Positions 35,705-49,109 of a stretch of DNA of 64,000 nt are shown here, piece by piece; within the stretch, counting starts at the first letter, position 1; every line of letters starts with the position of its first letter. The notes below the pieces were generated by a model, which saw only the letters and a program-made list of their open reading frames with translations, was not told the origin of the DNA and ran no database searches. The DNA is from an uncultured delta proteobacterium (lineage in GTDB: Bacteria > Myxococcota_A > Polyangia > Polyangiales > Polyangiaceae): assembly GCA_963841435.1 (NCBI GenBank), contig CAWJCS010000003.1:1312001-1376000 (forward strand). Direction: 5' to 3'. The translations under genes and the position numbers were made by a program.

Positions 35705-37812
<2,108 letters not shown>

Positions 37813-38067
37813 TATCCAAAAGTAAACCACATCGAGCCGGTGACGTCCGCTCCACTCCCGTTTGTGCCCGCGTTTCGGGCTCCGCCTCCCGCTCGATGCG
37901 ACGCTCGGCGCGGAGCGGCCCAGCGCGGCGTCGGCGGCGTTTCAGTCGAGCGGCCGACCTGAACGCCTGGAGAGGTGCATGAAGACGTTGAAACATTTGA
38001 AAGAACGGCTGTGGGCGTTGGGGCAGACGAGCACCCCGAGCTAGGATGCCGCCTCGCCGTACCCTCC

Positions 38068-40320
<2,253 letters not shown>

Positions 40321-40323
40321 GCC

Positions 40324-40896
40324 CTACGGATCCAGCGGGAAGAGCTCGGTCACCTGCGCGTCGGATGCGACGATCTCGTCGCCCGCGAGCCACGACACGT
40401 AGGTGCCACCGCACGCGCCGTCGAGCAGGACGTCGACGCTGACACCGGCGCCCGGCTCGGTCTGCAGCGTGAAGGCGTCGATGTCGTCGCCCGTGGTCGT
40501 GAGGAGCTGCACGGCGTTCGGATCCGGATCGCCGACGAAGCGCGCCAGAGAGTCGCTCGGCTCGAGACCTTCGGGCGCCACGTCCGAAAGCTCCGCGTCG
40601 ATCGTGCTCACGATGAGGTCCCACTCGCAGGGAAGCCCGCTGTAGAAGGTGTCGCAGCTCACGGCGAAGCGCCAGAAACCGCCACCCGCGTACTCCACCG
40701 TCGCGCCAGCGCCGAGCCCCGGGTCGAGGTCCAGAAAGCCGCTGCGATCGATGTCGGTCTGCAAGATGCCTGGGGCGCAACCGTCGTCGTAGTAGCCGTC
40801 GTCGTAGCCCGAGTGGTGGCCGCCGGAGTCGTGATCGCCGTAGCAGCCGGTGGCGAGCGCCGCGACCAGCAGCGCGGCTCCGGCGCGGCTCGTCAT
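40324..40896 (-). CDS. Hypothetical acidic lipoprotein
   Basis: LATGC lipobox; 4-bp overlap with the upstream gene; GC3-biased frame. Confidence 0.7.
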   Translation of the reverse strand: MTSRAGAALLVAALATGCYGDHDSGGHHSGYDDGYYDDGCAPGILQTDIDRSGFLDLDPGLGAGATVEYAGGGFWRFAVSCDTFYSGLPCEWDLIVSTIDAELSDVAPEGLEPSDSLARFVGDPDPNAVQLLTTTGDDIDAFTLQTEPGAGVSVDVLLDGACGGTYVSWLAGDEIVASDAQVTELFPLDP

Positions 40897-42056
40897 CGCC
40901 GCACCCGCGTGTGCGGGACCCCGGGGGCGCGCGTCGGAGCGAGGCGTGGCTCGGTGCGCTTGATGTCAAAGCTCGACGGACGTGGCGCGCGACGCGTGGG
41001 CGAGGGGGCGGGTGTGCGCTCGACGGGGGCGAGGCGCGGCGCCGGCAAGCGTTGGCGCGGCGCCGGCGACGGAAGCGGCGCCGGCGTGGAGCGCTCGGGG
41101 GCGAAGCCTGGAGCGCGCCGCGAAGCGGGCGCCGGAGCCCGGAGTGGCGCCGCGGGGGCAACGGGGGAACGCGCGGCGACGCTCGGCGCCGAGACCCGCT
41201 TTCGCGGCACGGCGCGGTCCGGGACGTTGGCAGCGCGCGTCGTTGGGCTCTGCGGCACCGCGCGGACGCGATCGGGCGGGTGAGGCGACGCAGGATGGTA
41301 CGGCCGCGTGTGCGATGCCGCGTAGCCCACGTGATAGTGATCGCGAACCACGTAGTGGTGCACGTGGCCGTAGAACACGTACTGGGTGGGGCAGAAGACC
41401 CAGGGGTAGTACCACCCGTAGCCGTAGACCAAGGCCACGCCGCCGAACCACACCCATGCGGGCGGCAGGGGCGCCCACCCGATGTAGCCGTACGAGCCCG
41501 TGCGCCAAGCCACCCAGGCCGGCGCATACCGCAGACCGGGAATCCAGACCCAGCCCCGCGCGTCGGTCCAGACCCAGCGCCCGTAGTGGAACACGACGCC
41601 ACCGAACGGATAATCGCTGACCCAGATCCAGTTCTGGCCTTCGTCGAGCGCCCAGTGGCCACTGCTGACGTAGGGCGCGAAGTCCCGGCCGACGACATGC
41701 CCGTAGGGCACCCACACGCGTCCGTAGACCCCGTCGTCGACCCAGGTGCCGTAGGGGGCAAGCTCGGTGTTCCACGCGGTGAGCGCGCGCGGATCCTGAT
41801 CTTCGGTGCTGGCGGCGGGCGCCTGCTCTTCCCCACGCGCCAGAAGGGGGCTCGGCGCGAGCGGCGGGCGCGGGTCGGGCGCCGGGCTCGCGGCAGCGGG
41901 CGCCGCCTTCGGTGAGGTCCCTGACGCCGTGGGCGCGGGGGCGTCGAACCAGCCGTCGTCCTCCTGGGCGACGGCGCGGGGCGAGATTGCCGAGACGGCG
42001 ACCACGGCGAGCGCGAGCCGCGCGAAGGGGACGAGCGTCTTCACGAGACCGATCAT
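40893..42056 (-). CDS. Secreted Trp/Tyr/Pro-rich protein, DUF6600-like
   Basis: LAPYGTWV...YGRVWVP, FHYGRW, WVWIPG...PAWVAWR, IGWAPLPP; Pro/Arg-rich tail. Confidence 0.8.
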   Translation of the reverse strand: MIGLVKTLVPFARLALAVVAVSAISPRAVAQEDDGWFDAPAPTASGTSPKAAPAAASPAPDPRPPLAPSPLLARGEEQAPAASTEDQDPRALTAWNTELAPYGTWVDDGVYGRVWVPYGHVVGRDFAPYVSSGHWALDEGQNWIWVSDYPFGGVVFHYGRWVWTDARGWVWIPGLRYAPAWVAWRTGSYGYIGWAPLPPAWVWFGGVALVYGYGWYYPWVFCPTQYVFYGHVHHYVVRDHYHVGYAASHTRPYHPASPHPPDRVRAVPQSPTTRAANVPDRAVPRKRVSAPSVAARSPVAPAAPLRAPAPASRRAPGFAPERSTPAPLPSPAPRQRLPAPRLAPVERTPAPSPTRRAPRPSSFDIKRTEPRLAPTRAPGVPHTRVRR

Positions 42057-42289
42057 GGTCCCGCGACCGGCCTCGAGCAACCGACTCCACCGCGACACGG
42101 CGACGATTTCATCGGTCGGGGCGGCGCGAGAGTTGCGCGATGACGCTCGCACGGCGTGCGACTTCGAGCACATGGCGACGATAGTACGCCCGCGCTCCAT
42201 GCACCCTTCCCGCCGGACGCCCGTCCTCGGCGAGCCCGGCGAGCGCCCACCCATGCTGCGGCATGGCAGACTCGCCGCCGTTGGCCTGC

Positions 42290-43075
42290 ATGTTACGCCC
42301 GATGCTGATTGCCGCAGCGCTTTCCGCGGCATGCGCGCCGAACGCGGCGAACGCGCCCTCGGCGCCGCCGAGCCGCGCGGACGCGGGAAAAGCGGGCACG
42401 GCCCCCATCCCGGAGCGGGAGGCGGAAGCGCCCGACGCCCGAGCGGGAGCGCTCGCGGTGCCGGGGTTCGGCGACGCCGTGCTCGTCGCGCCCGCGACGA
42501 GCGACCCGCTGCCGTTGTTCTGCGCAGCGCACGGCGCCGGCGACGGCCCGGAGTATCAATGCGAGTACTGGTCGGCCGCGCTCGCGGGGCGCTACGTCGT
42601 CGTGTGCCCGCGCGGGCGTTCGCTCGGCAAGAACCAGGGGGGCTACTACTTCGAAAATCACTTCACCCTCGAACGCGAGGTGCTCGCCGTCGTGGACGCC
42701 GTGCGCGCGGCGCTCGGGGCGCGGCTGTCGGCGAGCGACGGCGTCTACGCGGGCTACTCGCAGGGCGCCACCATGGGTGCGCTGATGCTCGTGGATCACG
42801 GCAGCCTCTTTCCGCACCTCCTGCTCGTCGAGGGTGGCTCCGGAGAGTTCTCGCTTTCGCGCGGGCGGCGTTTTCGCCAAACCGGGGGCAAGAGCGTGGC
42901 GATCGTCTGTGGGACGTCACCTTGCGCGGCACGCGCGCGGCGCACGGTGACCGTGCTCGAGCGTGCCGGCCTGCGCGCACGGGCCGAGCACGTGGAGGGC
43001 GGAGGCCACACCTACGACGGCGAGGTCGGGGAGCGCGCCATCGACGTGCTCTTTCACTGGCTCGTCGGGAGCTGA
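42290..43075 (+). CDS. Alpha/beta-hydrolase-fold lipoprotein
   Basis: LSAAC signal, HGAG oxyanion region, GYSQG nucleophile elbow, GGGHTY. Confidence 0.75.
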   Translation: MLRPMLIAAALSAACAPNAANAPSAPPSRADAGKAGTAPIPEREAEAPDARAGALAVPGFGDAVLVAPATSDPLPLFCAAHGAGDGPEYQCEYWSAALAGRYVVVCPRGRSLGKNQGGYYFENHFTLEREVLAVVDAVRAALGARLSASDGVYAGYSQGATMGALMLVDHGSLFPHLLLVEGGSGEFSLSRGRRFRQTGGKSVAIVCGTSPCAARARRTVTVLERAGLRARAEHVEGGGHTYDGEVGERAIDVLFHWLVGS

Positions 43076-43093
43076 AGCTCCGGGCGCGAGCCG

Positions 43094-45049
43094 TCAGCGA
43101 TGCGCGTCGAGCTGCTCGCGCACGATCCTGAGCAGCATGTCCGGTTCGTACGGCTTCGACAGGAAGGCGACGCCCGAGCCCGGCTCGCCCATGCCGCCCA
43201 GCGCGTCCGTGTAGCCGCTGCAAAGCACGACGGCCACCGAAGGCGCGATCGCGCGGATCTCGGCGATGGCCTCGGCGCCGCTCTTGTTGGGCATCACGGC
43301 ATCGGCGAGCACGAGTCGGATGGCCGTCGGGCTTTCGCGAAAACGCTCGACCGCCTGCTCACCGTCGTCGGCAGTGACGACCTCGTAGCCTGCACGTTGC
43401 AAGATGCGCACGACGACGGCCCTGACGCGTGCCTCGTCTTCGGCGACCAGGATCGTTTCGCGGCCGCCGACCACGGGCGACTCCACCTTCGTCCCCACGT
43501 CGGCTGCGTCACGCTCCGCGACCGGAAGGTACACCTTGAAGGTCGTGCCCTTGCCGACCTCGCTGTAGACGTGCACGAAGCCGCCGTGCCGCTGCACCGT
43601 GCCGTACACGCTCGCGAGGCCGAGTCCCGTGCCGTGGGGCTTGGTGGTGTAAAACGGCTCGAACACGTGGTCGAGCGCCTCCGGCGGGATACCCACGCCC
43701 GTGTCGGTGAGACTCACGAGCACGTACCGCCCTGGGCGAGCCCAGGGGTGCGTCTCCCGGAACCGTCCGTTGATGACGACGCTCTCGGTCTCGATCGCCA
43801 GCTTGCCGCCGTTGGGCATGGCGTCGCGGGCGTTGACGCACAGGTTCACGACCACCTGCTCGAGCTGCCCGCGATCGGCGAGCACGCGCGGCAGCCGGTG
43901 AGCGGGGATCAGGTCGATCTCGACGCTCTCGGGCAGCAATCGGCGCAGCAGCCGGAGCGTGTCCGAGAGCACGGCGTTCATGTCGAGCGCGGCCTGATTG
44001 AGCGGCTGGCGCGTGCTGAACGCCAACAGCTGGCGAGTGAGCTCGGCGGCGCGATTCGCTGCGGCTGTCGCCTCCAAGAGCAGCTGATTGCGTTCGCCGG
44101 GCTCTTCGCTGCGACCCGCAAGCGTCATGTTGCCGATGATGGCGACGAGCAGGTTGTTGAAGTCGTGCGCCACGCCCCCGGCGAGCTGCCCGATGGCCTC
44201 GAGCTTCTGCGAGCGCTGGTGCTGAGTCTCCGTGCGCTTGCCGTGGGTGATGTCGAGCACTCCGCCGATGAGCCGAGTCGTCTTGCCGCTCGCGTCGCGG
44301 AGCGCACGCCCCTTGGCGATGATCCAGCGCACCGACCCATCGGGCACGACGATTCGGCAGGAAAAGTCCTGGTAGGTGCCCGTCTCGACCCCCGCGGCCA
44401 TGCTCGCCCGCATGCGCTCGCGGTCGTCGGGATGCATGCGGTCGATGAAGTCCTCGAAGGCAATGCGCTGCTCGTCCTCGGGCCACACGAAGATGCGCCT
44501 GGCCGCGGCGTCCCACGTGACCTGGTCGCTCGCGACGTCCCACGACCACTGTCCCATGCCCGATGCCTCGAGCGCCCAGCGCAGCTGTTCGTCGCGGAGC
44601 GCGAGCGCTGCTTGAGCTTCCTTTTGAGGCGAGACGTCGGTTCCGATGCAGAGCAACCAACTGAACGCGCCGTCACGTTGGATGGGGACGATGCGCGTGT
44701 CCCAAAAGTGACCGGTCCGGCTCCGAACCTCGACGCGCTGCGGGTGCTTCGACTTCACGGCATCCGAGAGGGCACTGCGCCAGGCCGGCCGATACTCGGG
44801 CGGTAGAAAGTCCGCCGAGTCACGACCGATGATCGCCTTCGCATCGGCCCCCGGGACCGTGCGACTCACGTACAGGAGCTTCCCCTCGAGATCGAGAATC
44901 GAGATCACGTCGGGCGAGTGGGCGAGAATGCCCGCGAGCCACTCGGCACGGTCGACATCCACGCTCGTCGCGCCGGCGCCCTCGGTGGCGAGGGCGTTCC
45001 TGAGCTCGGAGAGATCGTCGAGCAGCCGCTCAACCAGCCTCTTGTCCAT
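43094..45049 (-). CDS. Hybrid sensor histidine kinase (PAS-PAS-HisKA-HATPase-REC)
   Basis: LAGGVAHDFNNLL, NLCVNARDAM, DTGVG, GTGLGL, C-terminal receiver domain. Confidence 0.95.
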   Translation of the reverse strand: MDKRLVERLLDDLSELRNALATEGAGATSVDVDRAEWLAGILAHSPDVISILDLEGKLLYVSRTVPGADAKAIIGRDSADFLPPEYRPAWRSALSDAVKSKHPQRVEVRSRTGHFWDTRIVPIQRDGAFSWLLCIGTDVSPQKEAQAALALRDEQLRWALEASGMGQWSWDVASDQVTWDAAARRIFVWPEDEQRIAFEDFIDRMHPDDRERMRASMAAGVETGTYQDFSCRIVVPDGSVRWIIAKGRALRDASGKTTRLIGGVLDITHGKRTETQHQRSQKLEAIGQLAGGVAHDFNNLLVAIIGNMTLAGRSEEPGERNQLLLEATAAANRAAELTRQLLAFSTRQPLNQAALDMNAVLSDTLRLLRRLLPESVEIDLIPAHRLPRVLADRGQLEQVVVNLCVNARDAMPNGGKLAIETESVVINGRFRETHPWARPGRYVLVSLTDTGVGIPPEALDHVFEPFYTTKPHGTGLGLASVYGTVQRHGGFVHVYSEVGKGTTFKVYLPVAERDAADVGTKVESPVVGGRETILVAEDEARVRAVVVRILQRAGYEVVTADDGEQAVERFRESPTAIRLVLADAVMPNKSGAEAIAEIRAIAPSVAVVLCSGYTDALGGMGEPGSGVAFLSKPYEPDMLLRIVREQLDAHR

Positions 45050-45186
45050 CCAACCTCGAGCCCTCCACCCTGTCATGTCTCCTCACCGAACGGAATCCAA
45101 ACCGCGCCGCGGCTCTGCTATCGGTGAGGGGTGCGCGCACCCCGGCCGAAACCCCGTGAATCCCCGGCTGCCCTCGCTGCCAGATC

Positions 45187-46866
45187 TCAGGGGCGGCGCT
45201 CGGCCGTGCCCGCCGGACGGCTCGGGCGGGCGTAGAGCCACACGATGGGGACGCCGTCGAAGAGCCGCATCTCGACGGGCGACACGGTGCCGTAGTCGAC
45301 CCACACCTGGTACTCGACCCGCTGCATGTGTTGCTCGTGATGGTAGAGCGCGAGGGACGACGCGCTGATCGACAGCGTGGCCCTGAGATCGCTCCGGACG
45401 CGACCGTCCTCGCGCAAGAGCTCCCAGCTTGCGAGCGCGGTGTCGTGGAGGTAGACGGCGGCATTCGGTGGCGCGCGTTCGTTCAACGCATCCGTCAAAA
45501 CGCCCGTCGTGTAGCCCCAAAAACCTCGGTTCTGGCCGAGGCTCGCGGCGCCCGGGACGCCGCCGACGAGCGGCGTGTAAAAGCTCAAGCCGTACGGGTG
45601 CGCATGGAGCGACATGAGCACCGGTCCGATGAGGCAGCTTCCGAGCAAGGCCCCCGCCACGGCGGGCTCGTGGCGGACGGAGAAAGGGTGGCACGCGGCG
45701 ACTCTTCGTCGCACGAGCGATAATCCGCGCCCGGCAAACAGGCAGAGGAACGGGTACGCGGTGATCCAATGCTTCGTGCCGCCGAAGATCGGCGTGTCGC
45801 TCGAAAGCCAGGGTGCATAGCTCACGAGCAGGCCGACGAGCCAAAAGGCGTCGAGCGACGTGCGGTCGGTCTTGGAGCGAGCGAGCGCGGCGCGCCCGCC
45901 GTCGTAAAGGCCGATCGCGAACAGGCAGAGTGTGACGGCCGGGACCGTGCCGAGCGTCATGAGCCACGCGTAGAGGCGAGGCATGGGCGGCTTGTAGTAG
46001 GTCTGCCCCAGAAACTCCATGTTGTAATAGTCGTGCTCGAGGTGGAATCGCACCCACTCGGCGAGACGCTGGAAGGTGTCGAACCAGATCCAGGGCCAGA
46101 CCAAGTAGAAGACCACGGGGCCGAGCAGCAGCACCGACAGGAGCGCGGGCGGGACGAGCGGGCCCTCGCGCGGCAAGCCACGACGGTGGCGCAGCACGCG
46201 CACGAGAGCGAGGTGCAAGACGATCGCGAACGGGAACAGCCAGGCGTTGTGCTTGGTATCGAGGAAGAGGCCGTAGAGGACCCCCGCCGCAATCACGAAG
46301 CCGCGGCTCCGCTCGACCAGGCCACGATAGTACGCGTAGCCCGTCACCAGCCACATGGCCGCGGCGGCAACGTCGAGACAGGCAAGGTGCGCGTGAAAGA
46401 AAACGTGCGGCAAAAACGCGAAGGCCGCTGCCGAGAAGAAGCCGGCAAGGCGGCCCATGGCCTGACGACCCCAGAGGTAGATGACGGCGACGGCCAGGCC
46501 GCCCATGGCCATCGCGGGGAAGCGATAGGCGGTGCCGCTCTCGGCGAACAGGTGATGCCGCTCGTACAAGAAGCGGTGCGACAACGCGAAGAGCGTCTTC
46601 ATCAGACCGGGGTGCTCGTGCACGGGGCCGAAGTGGCGGTCGATGAAGCCCTGACGAAAGGCGTCCCAGCCAACCGAGTCGAGCACGTCGAACCACCCCT
46701 CGACGGCGCGCGCCGCGACGGCGTAAAAGCCCTCGTCGCGCGCGTAACCGAGTTGCCGCGTGCCCGCGAGCAGGATGGCGACGTAGACGAGCCCGAGGCC
46801 GGCCGCGAACGCGAGGTCGTTCCGATCGGGCGCCGTCTCCGACTCGTCGTGGTCAGCCTCGCTCAT
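45187..46866 (-). CDS. GT-C (PMT/ArnT-like) membrane glycosyltransferase
   Basis: ARDEGFY after TM1, EHPGLMK, AYRFP, HLACLD, DTKH; multi-TM. Confidence 0.8.
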   Translation of the reverse strand: MSEADHDESETAPDRNDLAFAAGLGLVYVAILLAGTRQLGYARDEGFYAVAARAVEGWFDVLDSVGWDAFRQGFIDRHFGPVHEHPGLMKTLFALSHRFLYERHHLFAESGTAYRFPAMAMGGLAVAVIYLWGRQAMGRLAGFFSAAAFAFLPHVFFHAHLACLDVAAAAMWLVTGYAYYRGLVERSRGFVIAAGVLYGLFLDTKHNAWLFPFAIVLHLALVRVLRHRRGLPREGPLVPPALLSVLLLGPVVFYLVWPWIWFDTFQRLAEWVRFHLEHDYYNMEFLGQTYYKPPMPRLYAWLMTLGTVPAVTLCLFAIGLYDGGRAALARSKTDRTSLDAFWLVGLLVSYAPWLSSDTPIFGGTKHWITAYPFLCLFAGRGLSLVRRRVAACHPFSVRHEPAVAGALLGSCLIGPVLMSLHAHPYGLSFYTPLVGGVPGAASLGQNRGFWGYTTGVLTDALNERAPPNAAVYLHDTALASWELLREDGRVRSDLRATLSISASSLALYHHEQHMQRVEYQVWVDYGTVSPVEMRLFDGVPIVWLYARPSRPAGTAERRP

Positions 46867-47795
46867 GGCACGCTCTCCAACACGAAGCAGAAGTCGCGCG
46901 CCGCCGCGTGCTCGGCGCGCACCTCGAGCACGAGGTCCGCCGTCGTCCCGGCGTGACGCCCCGTGCCGAGCGAAAAGCCGCGCCACCCCCACTCGTCCTC
47001 GTGCCGATAGCTCGAGAGGCGCTCACCGGCGACCCAGGCGGTGAGCTCTACGGGCTCGCGCCCACCGTCGCGAAAGAGGAAGTAGGAAAGACCCGCGAAG
47101 CCCACCAGCGAGCGGCCCAGCGGCACGCCCGAGAGCCTCAGCCGCAGGCTGCCTCGCGGGGGGGGCTGGGCCCACACGCAGCGGCGCGGCCGATACTGCT
47201 GGTCGTCGATCACGGTGATGCCGACGAAGTCCGACTCGCGCGGTCCACAGCGGAAGCGCGCGCGCGGGAACGCCACCTCGCCGTGCAGACCGCCCGTGAC
47301 GGCACGCGCCGCGCCCGTGAACTCGCACGGGCGCTCGGCGCCGTCGGTCACGACCGTCACCTCGAGCTCGGCGGGCGTCAGGTGGTCGAGCAGTCGGTAG
47401 GTCGAGCGGCGTGGGCTCGGGTTCTCGAGCGTGCGCAGCGTGAACGGGCCGCTCTCGCGCTCACCGACGACGCGGAAGCCGCTCGCCTCCGCGCTTCGCC
47501 CGCCGAGCAGCGAAAGCTCGAGAGCGCGCGGATAGTCTTCGATGTCGGAGCGCGCGAGCTCCGCGAGCGGGAACGCCGCGTCGCCGAGCACGTGCCTCGC
47601 GATCGGCTCCGCCCACTCGGGAGCGACCACGAGCGGCTCACCCGCACGCTTCATGCCGGCAACGACGGGGGCGAGCGCCCGCCACTGGTCCAGCGTCGGC
47701 GCGCGGTGAGCGACGGCAAGCTCGGCGCCGAGCTCGACGAGCCCGAGGGCGGGGACCAGGAGCCAGAGGAAGCGGGCCTGCAACGCGCCGCGCAA
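46863..47795 (-). CDS. Hypothetical membrane-anchored periplasmic protein
   Basis: N-terminal TM, beta-rich C-terminus; overlaps the GT-C start by 4 bp. Confidence 0.65.
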   Translation of the reverse strand: MRGALQARFLWLLVPALGLVELGAELAVAHRAPTLDQWRALAPVVAGMKRAGEPLVVAPEWAEPIARHVLGDAAFPLAELARSDIEDYPRALELSLLGGRSAEASGFRVVGERESGPFTLRTLENPSPRRSTYRLLDHLTPAELEVTVVTDGAERPCEFTGAARAVTGGLHGEVAFPRARFRCGPRESDFVGITVIDDQQYRPRRCVWAQPPPRGSLRLRLSGVPLGRSLVGFAGLSYFLFRDGGREPVELTAWVAGERLSSYRHEDEWGWRGFSLGTGRHAGTTADLVLEVRAEHAAARDFCFVLESVP

Positions 47796-47856
47796 TCTGC
47801 CATCATCGCCCTTGCCCCGGAAGCGCCCTCGCTCGACACCGGGGCGCGCACGCTCG

Positions 47857-48441
47857 ATGACCCACTCCGAAAGCTACCTGACCGAAGCGGTGCGCGTGCT
47901 CAAGGAGCTCGACGCCGGAGCCATCGAGGAGCTCGCCGACGAGCTTTTCGCATTGCGGGAGCGCGGGGGGCGCCTGTTCGTGCTGGGCGTGGGCGGAGGT
48001 GCGGCCCACGCCTCGCACGCCGTGAACGATTTTCGGAAGCTCTGCGGCATCGAGGCCTACGCGCCGACGGACAACGTCGCGGAGCTGACGGCTCGCGTGA
48101 ACGACGAAGGCTGGGAGAGCACGTTCTCCGGCTGGCTCGAGGTGAGCCACCTGGGACCTTCGGACATGCTGTTCATTTTTTCGGTCGGCGGCGGCAACCG
48201 TGAAGCAGGGGTGAGCGCGAACCTCGTCGCCGCCCTCGAGCTTGCACGGAGCGTGGGGGCGCGCATCGGAGGCATCGTCGGGCGGGACGGCGGCCACACC
48301 AAGAAGCTCGCCCACGCTGCGGTGCTCGTCCCCGTCGCGCGACCCGAGGCCGTCACGCCGCACACGGAAGGCACGCAGGCCGTGGTGTGGCACCTGCTCG
48401 TCAGCCACCCCAAGCTGCAAATCCGCCCGACGAAGTGGTAG
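47857..48441 (+). CDS. gmhA: Phosphoheptose isomerase (SIS domain)
   Basis: GVGGGAAHASHAVND, LTARVND, FSVGGGN, GRDGG, PHTEG. Confidence 0.85.
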   Translation: MTHSESYLTEAVRVLKELDAGAIEELADELFALRERGGRLFVLGVGGGAAHASHAVNDFRKLCGIEAYAPTDNVAELTARVNDEGWESTFSGWLEVSHLGPSDMLFIFSVGGGNREAGVSANLVAALELARSVGARIGGIVGRDGGHTKKLAHAAVLVPVARPEAVTPHTEGTQAVVWHLLVSHPKLQIRPTKW

Positions 48442-48452
48442 AGACTGCTCTG

Positions 48453-49109
48453 GTGCTCTTTCTGGATAGCTCCGAGCCCGCCGAGATGCGGGATTTGTTC
48501 GCGTGGGGCGTGCTCGGAGGCGTCACGACGAATCCGCTGATGCTCTCCCGGGAGGCGCCGGCCGTGGAGCTCGAGACGCGCATTCGCGCCGTCTGCGAGG
48601 CCTCACACGGCCCCGTGTCGGTGGAGCTGCTCGCCGAGTCGGAGGCGGAGATGCTCGAGGAGGGGCTTCGCTATCACGCGTGGGTCCCCGATCGCATCTG
48701 CGTCAAGGTCCCGCTCACGGGCGAGGTCGCCCTGCGCGTGGTCCATGCGCTGTCCGAGCGCGGCGTCACGACGAACGCCACCTGCTTGATGAGCTTTCAG
48801 CAGGCCTACCTGGCGGCGCTCGCGGGGGCCACGTTCGTCAGTCTCTTCAGCGGTCGAATTCGTGATCTCGGTCAGGACGCGCGACCCGTGATCGCGGCAA
48901 CCCGCTCGACGTTCGACCAGGAGAAGCTCGCGGCGCGCATCATCGTCGGCTCGATACGTCAGGCGATCGACGTGACGGACGCGCTCGAGGCCGGCGCGCA
49001 CATCGTCACCGTGCCACCCGCGATCCTCCGCCGCATGCTCGTCCACCCGCAGACCGAGCGCACCGCGCGCGAGTTCTCGGACGCCTGGAAGAACCGCGGC
49101 AACGGGTGA
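48453..49109 (+). CDS. tal: Transaldolase / fructose-6-phosphate aldolase family
   Basis: LFLDS, GVTTNP, Schiff-base VKVP, NATC, GSIR, GAHIVTVPP; start approximate. Confidence 0.88.
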   Translation: MLFLDSSEPAEMRDLFAWGVLGGVTTNPLMLSREAPAVELETRIRAVCEASHGPVSVELLAESEAEMLEEGLRYHAWVPDRICVKVPLTGEVALRVVHALSERGVTTNATCLMSFQQAYLAALAGATFVSLFSGRIRDLGQDARPVIAATRSTFDQEKLAARIIVGSIRQAIDVTDALEAGAHIVTVPPAILRRMLVHPQTERTAREFSDAWKNRGNG

